From positions 1-64,000 of IMG/VR virus record IMGVR_UViG_2623620552_000001: DNA of 64,000 nucleotides. One strand, written 5' to 3'. The DNA is from a virus (Duplodnaviria; Caudoviricetes). Under the pieces are notes generated by a model that saw only the letters and a list, made by a program, of their open reading frames with translations, made no database searches and was not told the DNA's origin. Both the position numbers and the translations under genes were made by a program. Of this stretch, positions 38,737 through 47,858 are shown one piece after another (positions within the stretch are counted from its first letter, which is position 1; each line of letters begins with the position of its first letter).

Positions 38737-39183
38737 ATGGCTTGTAACAATGGAAAGACATTCGTGGTTAGTTTGACTACGGTGCCTGGCGGTACCGCCG
38801 CCAATGCCAACTATCTGTTGGCTCTCGACCACTTTACTTGTGGTAACAAAAAATTATGTATTAATGAGTCCTATCCGGTAACGGCTGATCTGAAAGCAAC
38901 AGCTATCGGTCTGCCTGTCGATGTAGGCAATGGAACGTTCTGTCAAGAGGTGCTTATCAACGGTACGGTAAACTATATGCCGTTCAAATGTGGGTGCCAG
39001 TGTGGAGTATGCCCTGTGACGGAGAGTATTTACTGTTCTATCTGTGTTCCTTGCTCGTCAGCAGCGACACCGACACTTGCCGTAGGAGCATCGAAAGCTG
39101 CACCAACAAACGTTCAGCCCTGTTGCAATGTGACTAACTGCGTGGCTATCACCACAACGCTCAACGTAACGACTGGTGCATAG
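38737..39183 (+). CDS. Cys-rich beta-strand protein (14 Cys in 148 aa)
   Basis: CGCQCGVC, YCSICVPC, PCCNVTNC. Confidence 0.75.
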   Translation: MACNNGKTFVVSLTTVPGGTAANANYLLALDHFTCGNKKLCINESYPVTADLKATAIGLPVDVGNGTFCQEVLINGTVNYMPFKCGCQCGVCPVTESIYCSICVPCSSAATPTLAVGASKAAPTNVQPCCNVTNCVAITTTLNVTTGA

Positions 39184-39547
39184 TATGGAATGGATTGATA
39201 TTGCGGGTATCGTCTTTATCTGCGTAACGATGAACCATCTCGGACTGATAAGCAAGATAGAAGAGATATACGGTGGAAAAATCCCTATCCTCAACTGCCC
39301 TAAATGCGCAAGTTTCTGGATAACCTTTATATTCAGTCTATGGGAAGTATCATCGTTTTACGGAGTGATAAAGGTTCTCGCAATATCTTTCCTCGCAAGT
39401 TATATAGCTATATGGCTGGAATTATTAGAAGGATATGTAGATACTTTATATATTAGACTATATGGGAAGATTTACGAAACCTCAGACAACACGCCTGCCG
39501 CAGATGCCGACAATGGTAATCCCGCAGGCTCCGTGCCCGAATTGTGA
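39176..39547 (+). CDS. Membrane protein with CxxC (DUF1360-like)
   Basis: LNCPKCASFW flanked by TM segments. An overlapping 39-aa CPNC ORF lies at 39462-39581. Confidence 0.6.
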   Translation: MHSMEWIDIAGIVFICVTMNHLGLISKIEEIYGGKIPILNCPKCASFWITFIFSLWEVSSFYGVIKVLAISFLASYIAIWLELLEGYVDTLYIRLYGKIYETSDNTPAADADNGNPAGSVPEL

Positions 39548-39731
39548 AAAGACACAAGTCCGCAAGCATGGAAAGAAATAGGTTCTCTTTCTTTTAAAAG
39601 TAGGCAGAAAAAAGTGCTGATTTAAGAGAAAAGGATATTGAAAGAAGATAAAAACCGTCTAAAAATCAGACAGTTACTTATCCTCTGGATTTAGTCCGCA
39701 GATAAAATAAAAATTTTAAAATTAAGAAAAA

Positions 39732-40484
39732 ATGACACAAGAAGAGATGAAGAAAGAGTTTAGTGCCCTCTATGATATGATGGCACGCTCAGAGAAAGTA
39801 GAGTATATGCACACCTTTGGTATGGTGCATAGGGAGATGATGGAATGGTTCATACAGAACAAGCCCGAACTCGCACAGGAATGGCTTGACAAGTTAGAAT
39901 CTATCCGTTGGAAGAACTACCTCTCTCCGAAGGAAGCAGAAAAAATTGTTGCAAAGATGAATCCCCAGGCTCCGTGGAGCAAGGAACAGTGGAAACAAGC
40001 AATGGAGAAAGAAGGCTTTGAATTAGAGAAAGAACCTTGTTATAACCGTTGCGCTCTTTGGGTAACTATGGAGATGATTATGTCAGATTCTTCTGAAACG
40101 CTTTCAAAGTTTGTGCAAAGCGCAGACATCTTCAAGGTTGTCTATGGTCTTGCCGTTGACAAACTTACCGACAAGGATAACGTTTTCAATATCCGACATT
40201 ATTTTTCTCTCTAAGCAATGAATTATAGTGAGTTGATGCGAAGGAAACTACTTGAAGACATCTACAATAAGATGTCCGACGAGGAAAAACGTACCTTTGT
40301 ACAACTCACTTTACAAGATAAGAGCCATCAGGAGATTATGGAAGCGCTCTCCCGTCAGAGAGCACAACTTGAAAGCATAGAGAAGAAACAGAACTGGGTA
40401 ACCGATTTCGGTAGCGACGTAGCAGCAAACTTCCTCACTGACGGCCTTATATTCTTCGGGCGAAAGTTGTTCGGCAAACTATAA
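39732..40484 (+). CDS. Two helical hypothetical proteins (39732-40214, 40218-40484)
   Basis: ORF track; end of the + strand cassette. Confidence 0.7.
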
Positions 40485-40487
40485 CCA

Positions 40488-40988
40488 TCACTTTGCCGTG
40501 TTGGTTGAGGGTGGCAACTTTGTTTGTCGCCCTCTAACCGATTTATTAAGGATTAACTTAATCTTTGCTTTTATCTTCTCTGGATTGCGAGCGTCGTGGT
40601 TTGAAAGGCGCACAACGTGATAACCTAAACGCCATATCCCGCTACTTCGGTTAGTGTCTAATCGTCGTTGCTTAGTAGTAAAATGATACCCTCCATCTAA
40701 TTCTACTATAGTTTTGATTTCTGGAAGATAAAGGTCTGCAAAATAGATGCGCCTACCTGTGTTTATAGGATACTGCCTAATAACCTTGTAACCGAGAGCG
40801 TTAATTGTACGAAATGTTATTCTTTCTGCTTCGGATGACTTTGCCATTAGGTCTGCACGCCTTAGACGTAGCCATTGCTCAGATATGCGCTTGCAACAAC
40901 TTTTCTTCCGTTGGGTGTTTGTGGGCTTTGTACTTCGCGTAAGGAGTTTTTCTGAACTCGCAGCACACTTCGTATTCTTCGTAATCAT
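40488..40988 (-). CDS. DUF559/Vsr-like endonuclease
   Basis: RQYPI...FADLYLPEIKTIVELDGGYH...LGYHVVRLSN. Confidence 0.85.
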   Translation of the reverse strand: MITKNTKCAASSEKLLTRSTKPTNTQRKKSCCKRISEQWLRLRRADLMAKSSEAERITFRTINALGYKVIRQYPINTGRRIYFADLYLPEIKTIVELDGGYHFTTKQRRLDTNRSSGIWRLGYHVVRLSNHDARNPEKIKAKIKLILNKSVRGRQTKLPPSTNTAK

Positions 40989-41000
40989 CTTCCATAGTTA

Positions 41001-41240
41001 CTACTTATTAAAAACTCTCGCCCAGAATCCTCGTTCTCTTAACATAGTGATGTTAAAACGCAACTCCTCGATAATCTTGGATTTTACTTCTTTCTCTTCT
41101 TCTAAACTCTTCACGCAGCTTTCAAGGAACTTGTTCGTAGACTCAGCAGTCTCCAACTTGGACTGAACATTACGCAACTCCGACTCCAAAGCACGATACG
41201 CTGTTAGAGATGGCCGAAATCTCTTCTTCTTTTCTTCCAT
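41001..41240 (-). CDS. Small coiled-coil protein
   Basis: Heptads; ends RGFWARVF. Confidence 0.6.
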   Translation of the reverse strand: MEEKKKRFRPSLTAYRALESELRNVQSKLETAESTNKFLESCVKSLEEEKEVKSKIIEELRFNITMLRERGFWARVFNK

Positions 41241-41247
41241 AACTATA

Positions 41248-41553
41248 CTATTTATTATATTTGATATGCTGCTTTTTCATTAAATCTATGATAAGGTTCT
41301 GCATCTTTTCTAATACAAACTCTTTGGTTTCTATCTCTCTGATAAAAAGGGGATGAAAATGATACTTAACATTATTGTAAAAAATGTCGTCTTTCTCTTT
41401 TCCTTCTGATACTTTCACCATTATGCGGAACTTAGGAACATAGATGTCCGCTTTAACAGGTGTCTTGCCTTTGAAAGTAGTAAAGAAATGAATCTTTTTC
41501 TCTGTAAGGAAGTTAACAAGAACATCTAATTTTGCTTTTTGGTTATTTGTCAT
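41248..41553 (-). CDS. Degenerate DUF559-like protein
   Basis: KADIYVPKFRIMVKVSEG resembles the D-x-Y...E-x-DG strand but lacks ExDG/H. Confidence 0.45.
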   Translation of the reverse strand: MTNNQKAKLDVLVNFLTEKKIHFFTTFKGKTPVKADIYVPKFRIMVKVSEGKEKDDIFYNNVKYHFHPLFIREIETKEFVLEKMQNLIIDLMKKQHIKYNK

Positions 41554-41558
41554 TGTTC

Positions 41559-42023
41559 TTATTGTTTTATGTTAAACTTATTTGCGTTTATCTTCTCGTA
41601 TATCATCTTAAGTTGTTCTCTTTGTCTCTTTAGCCTCTCTTTTCGGTTTTCACTTAGAACTACTTTTTCTTTCTTTTTATTCTTGCTATCTTTAATAGCC
41701 TCATATAGGGATTGAACAATTATTCTATCGTAACATTCACTATTTGAGATTCGAAGTGTTTTAATACCCTTCTTCTTTAGAATAAAATCCCTTTCTTTGT
41801 CCTTTTCTTGTCTCTGAGAATGAGAACTTCCGTCTATCTCTATTGCAACTTTATAATCTTTTATGTATATATCAATAAAATACTGGTGCGTTCCGCTTTT
41901 TACATAGTATTGGCAAATTGCTTTCTTCTTTAACTTAGGAGGAAGATGTGAAAATATCCACTCTTCTTCTCTTGTTCTGCTTTCTAAGAGCTTTTTTCTT
42001 GTAGTCTTTGCCCAATTATTCAT
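41559..42023 (-). CDS. DUF559/Vsr-like endonuclease
   Basis: TREEE...YFIDIYIKDYKVAIEIDGSSH...DKERDFILKKKGIKTLRISN. Confidence 0.85.
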   Translation of the reverse strand: MNNWAKTTRKKLLESRTREEEWIFSHLPPKLKKKAICQYYVKSGTHQYFIDIYIKDYKVAIEIDGSSHSQRQEKDKERDFILKKKGIKTLRISNSECYDRIIVQSLYEAIKDSKNKKKEKVVLSENRKERLKRQREQLKMIYEKINANKFNIKQ

Positions 42024-42054
42024 TATTATATATGTTATAATATTTTACTACTGG

Positions 42055-42452
42055 AAGCCTTCTGCGAGCATACGAGAGTTTTACAGGGGTTTCATCCCCT
42101 CCGAACTCTCATTGCGTGCTTACTGACTGTTGAGCCCCATAGCATCACACACGGCCTAAAGCAACATTGCTACTCTTCGGCTAACGGTTTTAGCGGCTTT
42201 GTCGCCAGGCACGAGGGTAATCCGTCCAAGTTCCAACCTCTCCGCCGTGTGCTGCCCCTTGCGGTAGTTTATAGTCCAATGATGCGGGGTCAAAACTCTC
42301 AAAAATGCCTTCTTACATCAGACTTAGGAATCATAAAATGAAACCCCGAAAGCACTGGAACTACTTTCGAGGTTTTATCGTATAGCCTTTCGGCGATTTA
42401 CTTCTTATTCTCAGCAATAAGTTCCAGTTATCGCTTTCAAGGTGCAAAATTA
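42055..42452 (-). ncRNA. Large structured non-coding leader: ~250-nt multibranch domain plus terminator/antiterminator unit
   Basis: Nested stems 42130-47/42280-93, 42148-55/42244-51, 42074-80/42104-10; terminator 42341-75; promoter TAATTTTG 42445-52. Confidence 0.6.
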
Positions 42453-42655
42453 ATAGTAAATTCTCATTTTAGCAAGGAAATTCTCTAAAAATATCTTAAA
42501 TATCTCCGTGTTTTACTAAAATAATATTAATTTATTAAGTTTTTTCTCTCAATCTTAATATTATCTGAAACATTATTATTAATTTTGGAGTGTAAAAGTT
42601 AATAATTAATAGAGAATAGTTTAACAATACATTATTAATATAAGGAGATACAACA

Positions 42656-42781
42656 ATGAAAAAAGACCCAATGAATCCAATGACTTGGAATTCCGACCAA
42701 TGGAAAGACGCTCTTATCGGAGCAGTATTAACATCCTTCCTTCTTGGAATGGTATCAGTAGTAACATTTATTTTTCACTAA
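42656..42781 (+). CDS. 41-aa single-TM peptide (not in the ORF track)
   Basis: MKKDPMNPMTWNSDQWKDALIGAVLTSFLLGMVSVVTFIFH, behind the promoter motif and AGGAGATACAACA leader. Confidence 0.65.
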   Translation: MKKDPMNPMTWNSDQWKDALIGAVLTSFLLGMVSVVTFIFH

Positions 42782-42799
42782 TTTATAGGAGATACAACA

Positions 42800-43756
42800 A
42801 TGAAGATTAATTCTTTCGGCTCAATGCCACAGTCAGAGATTGCTCCCGTAGCAGTAGTAGAGGAAGTTCGGAACGAGAATCAGTTCTTCGATTTCGAGAA
42901 AGCCAAAGTCCAGGAATTATCCTTGGACCAGTTAAAGCGCACCGTAAAGGAGAATCGCGGCGATGACCGCACCTGTCCTCACGGTATCTATCATTTCGCC
43001 CTTGTTCAGCAGATATTGGATATGTGCGCTGAACACGGCTACAACGCAGAGGTTTACGACCTCTTTGCCACTAACAACCGAGACAAGCAAACTCCCGGTG
43101 TTTCCCTTAACCCTGAGATTGAAGCAAAATACGGTGAGCGTGCCGTAGAGGCTCACACCCTTCGTCGAATCTATGCCAACATCCGATTGAAGGACTTCGA
43201 TACAGACGAGGTGACAACCAATCTTGCTGTTGCCTATACTCAGAAAGGTATTCAGTTAGGGTTCGGACGCAACGTAATGGTGTGTCACAACCAGTGTATG
43301 CTGGGTAGCGGACGTTTTATCTCGGATTATCAGTGTCGCAAGGACACAGCGAAAGCAACCTTACAAGGTATGCTCCAGACCGTAGGCTCATGGCTTACCA
43401 ACGCTCAGAATATCACCATTGAGGACGATGCCACTATCGAGAGAATGAAAAGCAGCATTCTTACCGCCGAGCAGATCTATACTATCCTCGGTATGCTGAT
43501 GTCTATCCGTGTCGCCCACGACACCTCTGTAAAGTCTATCCGCTATAACGGCGAGGTCTATCCTCTGAATCAGGCGCAACTCTCTCAGTTTACCGAGAAC
43601 CTGCTTGTCAAGCAGAAGGAAGAAGGTCGCATCACCGCATGGTCGTTCTACAATGCGGCTACAGACCTCTACAAGCCACAGAGTGCTGAAACGAATATGA
43701 TTATGCCTCAGAACCTCTCAATGATAGAGTTTATGCGAGCACAGGAAATATTCTAA
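42800..43756 (+). CDS. DUF932-like phage protein
   Basis: Size and G-x-N-V-x-VC-x-NQ motif; family assignment tentative. Confidence 0.5.
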   Translation: MKINSFGSMPQSEIAPVAVVEEVRNENQFFDFEKAKVQELSLDQLKRTVKENRGDDRTCPHGIYHFALVQQILDMCAEHGYNAEVYDLFATNNRDKQTPGVSLNPEIEAKYGERAVEAHTLRRIYANIRLKDFDTDEVTTNLAVAYTQKGIQLGFGRNVMVCHNQCMLGSGRFISDYQCRKDTAKATLQGMLQTVGSWLTNAQNITIEDDATIERMKSSILTAEQIYTILGMLMSIRVAHDTSVKSIRYNGEVYPLNQAQLSQFTENLLVKQKEEGRITAWSFYNAATDLYKPQSAETNMIMPQNLSMIEFMRAQEIF

Positions 43757-43981
43757 ATCTAACAGGCGAACATCCTCCGGGGCGGGTACTTATAGGCTCG
43801 CCTCGGAGAAACGCCGTTAAAACGCGAATAAAAATGGAAAAATCATTTGAAACAGCAAAGTATCACAATAAGTGGGTGGTATTTGATAAAGTATCGCGCA
43901 CTTTTACTGATATAGGCAAAGGACGCAAGTTCTGTGAGAAAAGAGTATTAGAGTTAAACAGTATAACAAAAAATTAAGATT

Positions 43982-44308
43982 ATGGAATTATCAGATTATT
44001 TTGGAAGCATCGACTTGACAAAGTTAGGTCAGATTATTCGCTTACACCCAGAGTTAGTAAAAACAGTAAACATGAAAGACGGAACGCAGCATAAGTTCCT
44101 CAACGTTGACATCAATGCGAAGCAGCAAGCCGACCAATACGGCAATGTCGCGTATCTGAAAGTGGCTTGCAAGAAAGCTGAGCAGAAGCAAGGCTTGAAT
44201 TACTATCTCTGCGACCTACGTCTTTCGCAGAACCAGCAGCAGGCCGCCTCTCAACCACCGCAGCAGGCACAAGCGCCAGCGTCAACCAGTGACGATTTAC
44301 CATTCTAA
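43982..44308 (+). CDS. SSB-like protein
   Basis: Short beta-rich domain, Gln/Pro linker, C-terminal DDLPF. Confidence 0.6.
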   Translation: MELSDYFGSIDLTKLGQIIRLHPELVKTVNMKDGTQHKFLNVDINAKQQADQYGNVAYLKVACKKAEQKQGLNYYLCDLRLSQNQQQAASQPPQQAQAPASTSDDLPF

Positions 44309-44320
44309 TCCCCGTATAGT

Positions 44321-45220
44321 ATGAAAGACGAAAATATTGCCTTATTTAAGAGGTTTCTTAAAACCGAAGGGTGCAACACCTTGTATGCCGGGATGTATAA
44401 TCAATCACACCCCAAAGATGCTCCTGACGATGTAGAGATGTTTTTAAGAGAAGTTGATGCGAAAGATGCTATTCTTGGTGCTTTTGTATTCCCGGAGGGT
44501 AATAGTAACTTCGGTGTAAATTACTGGTTTGAAAAAGCCGTCAAGTGGGAGAAGACACTTGAAAGTGCTACCGCCAGCCAGTTCTACGCATACTGCTACC
44601 ATAACAAGGAAAGTGTTTCAAGAGAAGCAGCGAGACCACTTAATAAAGTGAATACCTATCTGCATACTTACAGCACAGAAGTAACAGGAATAGAGAGAGC
44701 CTTGCAAACTCAGTCAAAAGAAACGAAGAAGCAAAGCGAACCCGTGAAACTTGACGCATGGAGTAGCAATAGAAAAACCGAAGAGCCCGTAAAACAGCCC
44801 GATGTTCCTCTACAACATAGTGTAACAGAAGAGCAGATGGCTCTAAGCGGTTTTAAACTTTTCTCCATAACAAAGAAAAGCTCTGAGAGGCTCAAAGAGG
44901 ACGAGGTTACTATCAATACTAAGTCGGGGAACCGCTTCTGCTTTAACAAGAAGCTTTCAGAAGAGATTAAAGATGCACGTCACGAATACATCCATATATA
45001 TTCAAAGGAGAACACCATCTACATGCTCTTCGACGACAACGAAAAAGATGCTATAAAGTGGCGCATAAACAGTTGCAATGTTGTTTTTAGTAGCAAACAG
45101 CTTGTTTCAAATATCTGCGAGTTCTTTAATATCAAAGAAGAGCAAACAACTTTGCATATCTCTAAGAACATGAGCAAGACATCTAACAACTTGTTCTATA
45201 AAATCACTAAATCAAAATAA
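44321..45220 (+). CDS. Hypothetical protein
   Basis: 299-aa ORF in the early block. Confidence 0.7.
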   Translation: MKDENIALFKRFLKTEGCNTLYAGMYNQSHPKDAPDDVEMFLREVDAKDAILGAFVFPEGNSNFGVNYWFEKAVKWEKTLESATASQFYAYCYHNKESVSREAARPLNKVNTYLHTYSTEVTGIERALQTQSKETKKQSEPVKLDAWSSNRKTEEPVKQPDVPLQHSVTEEQMALSGFKLFSITKKSSERLKEDEVTINTKSGNRFCFNKKLSEEIKDARHEYIHIYSKENTIYMLFDDNEKDAIKWRINSCNVVFSSKQLVSNICEFFNIKEEQTTLHISKNMSKTSNNLFYKITKSK

Positions 45221-45229
45221 AAGAAAGCT

Positions 45230-45709
45230 ATGAGAAGTAAAACAGCAACATGGTTCGTCTGCGGTATTCGTTACGAAAAGACCCTAGAGGACGGAACACA
45301 GAAGAAAGTCACAGAACAGTATGTAATTGATGCCCTCTCTTTTACGGAAGCAGAAGAGCGCATCACAGAAGAGATGTCCGCATATATTAGCGGCGAGTAT
45401 GAAGTTAAGACTTGTGCCTTTGCGCCTTTTCGTGAGATATTCTTCTCCGGCGACGATAATGCCGACAAATGGTATAAAGCAAAGATTGATTTCATTTCTT
45501 TCGACGAGAAAAGCGGCAAAGAGAAACGTTCACACAACTACTACCTCGTACAGGCGGGCTCTATCGGCAGTGCATTGTCAAACATTGATTTCGTTATGAG
45601 CGGTACTATGCTTGACTACGTTGTGATGTCTATACAGGAAACACCCGTCGTAGATGTCTTTGAATATAAAGTAAAGCCCGATGACGGAGGAGAGCAGACT
45701 GAGGCGTAA
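45230..45709 (+). CDS. DUF4494-family protein
   Basis: WF.C.IRYEKT.EDG.QKKVTEQY.IDALSFTEAE; KWYKAK; DEKSGKEKR. Confidence 0.85.
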   Translation: MRSKTATWFVCGIRYEKTLEDGTQKKVTEQYVIDALSFTEAEERITEEMSAYISGEYEVKTCAFAPFREIFFSGDDNADKWYKAKIDFISFDEKSGKEKRSHNYYLVQAGSIGSALSNIDFVMSGTMLDYVVMSIQETPVVDVFEYKVKPDDGGEQTEA

Positions 45710-46257
45710 GCAAAAAGACCATGAGCGTTACATCGCTTCCTGTGAAGAGCGCAAAGAATATCAACGCATCTATTACGCAAACCATAGAGAGCGGTGTATC
45801 GTTTCTGTAAGAGAAGCCGAAAGAAAACGAAAACTTAGAGAATTATGCAAGAAGAAAGGTTATGCCAACTAAAATCTTTCCAAGAGCAGATGAAGACCTT
45901 ACGGAAAGACGACTCGCTACTAACAGGGGTTACATTTAATACTCTTGCTGGCGATATTAGAATAGTAAAGAAAGAAGTTGCTGTCTTCTTGTTGGATAGC
46001 GTCATAAAGTATATTAAAGACGAAATTAAATACAACGAAAGATGAAAAGACTTGTTAGACTTAAAGATAAAGAAACAAAGGAGATATACTCTTACTCTTC
46101 CATCACCGAACTAATCCGACGTAATGGAGAAGAAGCGCTTGGAATATCCTTGCAATCCCTATATAACGCGATGAGTACCAATAAAGGAAGATGGGGGAAC
46201 GACAGGTATGAGGTATATTACGAAACCATAGAACTTGGTAACAAGGAATGGAGATAG
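45681..46257 (+). CDS. Three small hypothetical genes (45681-45872, 45845-46045, 46042-46257)
   Basis: Overlapping co-oriented ORFs; the last is HTH-like. Confidence 0.55.
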
Positions 46258-46261
46258 GGAT

Positions 46262-46978
46262 ATGAAAAAGGTTACATATTGCAATCTTACACAGAAAGAG
46301 GCTTTGGAATATACTTCAAAACTAGTAGATTTCGGGCTATCTCTACTTATCTATGCTGCACTGAATGAGTTGCTCACCTCACACAACTATCTTCGGCAAA
46401 GCAAGTATTACAAGCAAAAGGTAAAACTTCGGGCAAACGAAGCTTTGCGGCTACGGAATAGAAAGATTGATGAACTTAGAAACGCCGTTTACCGTAAAGA
46501 CTTCTCCGAAACCTATTAGGATTCGGTGATAGACATCTGCGAAGATGACGTAAAAACGTTAAGAAATGCTATTCAGAAAGTTCTTAAAGAAGGAGGTGTC
46601 GAAGATGCGGAGTTGTTTAGTCATATTGAAGTTACGAGGATACTATTAGAATCTTCTATCTACCACTTTGAGGAGATAATGAATGATTGCACCAACAAGT
46701 TCCTTTCGGCGAATAGCAAGGAGATGAAAGGGCTTGAACTAAGGAAAATCTTTGTTGAGTTTAACATAGAAAATATCTTCAAAGAATGGGATACAATGTG
46801 CGACCTTATCTACGATAGTAAAAAGATTGCAATAGATTTGAATAAAGAAACCATTTCTAATGCTTTTAATAATATTGCTGACAAGTTTGCAAGAGGTGAG
46901 TATATTGATGCTTGTCTTGAAGTTGCAAAGAGAGAATATCCCGAATTTTCAAACGCCAAAGTAATTAGAGAAGAATGA
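46262..46978 (+). pseudogene. Single gene interrupted by an in-frame TAG (46517-46519)
   Basis: ...GAA ACC TAT TAG GAT TCG GTG ATA...; both halves are in the same frame. Confidence 0.55.
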
Positions 46979-47376
46979 AGTATGACGAGTTAAAAGCAAT
47001 GCTGGCGAAAGAAAAGAAGCCACAACGGCACAGACACCTTGAAGGCGATATACAAGAAGCCTGCGTGAAATACTTTCGCTATGCCTATCCTAACTATATT
47101 ATCTTTTCTGTTCCTAACGGCGGCACAAGAAATAGTAGAGAGGCTGTTCAATTAAAGCGTGAAGGTGCCCTTGCTGGTGTAGCGGATCTCGTTGTTGTTA
47201 TAGAGGGTGCTGTTTTGTTCGTGGAGATGAAAACAAAGAACAATAAGCAACAGGAGAGCCAAAAGGTGTTCCAGAAGAACGTAGAGCGGTTAGGTCATCA
47301 GTATTCCGTATGCCATAGCTTACAAGAATTTCAGTTAGCAATAGAACGTTTTATTAAAGATAGATTTGGTATATGA
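46975..47376 (+). CDS. VRR-NUC nuclease (Holliday-junction resolvase-like)
   Basis: SVPNGG, GALAGVADL, FVEMK, QQESQK.F. Confidence 0.88.
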   Translation: MKYDELKAMLAKEKKPQRHRHLEGDIQEACVKYFRYAYPNYIIFSVPNGGTRNSREAVQLKREGALAGVADLVVVIEGAVLFVEMKTKNNKQQESQKVFQKNVERLGHQYSVCHSLQEFQLAIERFIKDRFGI

Positions 47377-47735
47377 TTTACATAGAATTTAGAACATGGT
47401 ATAAGGCTTCACAATACCGTTTAAAGCAATTCTCAGAAGGTTTCTATGGGTTAGTAGTAAAATGCCTACTCTTAGGTTTAATAAGCCTTTTATGCTATTT
47501 ATATCGCGTTATAAACGCATTCTTTCGGAGAGAAACTATCGCTGGTTGTATTATATCGGTAATCCTCTTTGGAGTAAGCTTTAGCTATGCAACGTCTTTT
47601 ATTAAAGAACGGAAGCTAAGAGTTGAAGCACAATATCGCGCTGATTCTCTCTCTTATGAATTAAGCAAACTCACCCAAATGTTTGAAAAAGAAGATACAC
47701 TGATTGTTAATGGCGACACTTTAAGAAGCTGGTAA
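47373..47735 (+). CDS. Two-TM membrane protein
   Basis: Two hydrophobic segments. Confidence 0.6.
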   Translation: MIYIEFRTWYKASQYRLKQFSEGFYGLVVKCLLLGLISLLCYLYRVINAFFRRETIAGCIISVILFGVSFSYATSFIKERKLRVEAQYRADSLSYELSKLTQMFEKEDTLIVNGDTLRSW

Positions 47736-47858
47736 TCAGCCACTTAAAAGTTTTAAAGTCATCTTAAAATGTCTTAAAGTTTTACCTATTATGTTGGAGA
47801 TACGAATACTAATTTATAAATTTGGAGTGAAGTTTAACTTAACATAGGAGATACAACA

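Noticed and set aside
43764-43817. GC-rich intergenic stem-loop
   Set aside because: Consistent with an ordinary terminator or mRNA-stabilising hairpin; nothing further supports a distinct ncRNA.
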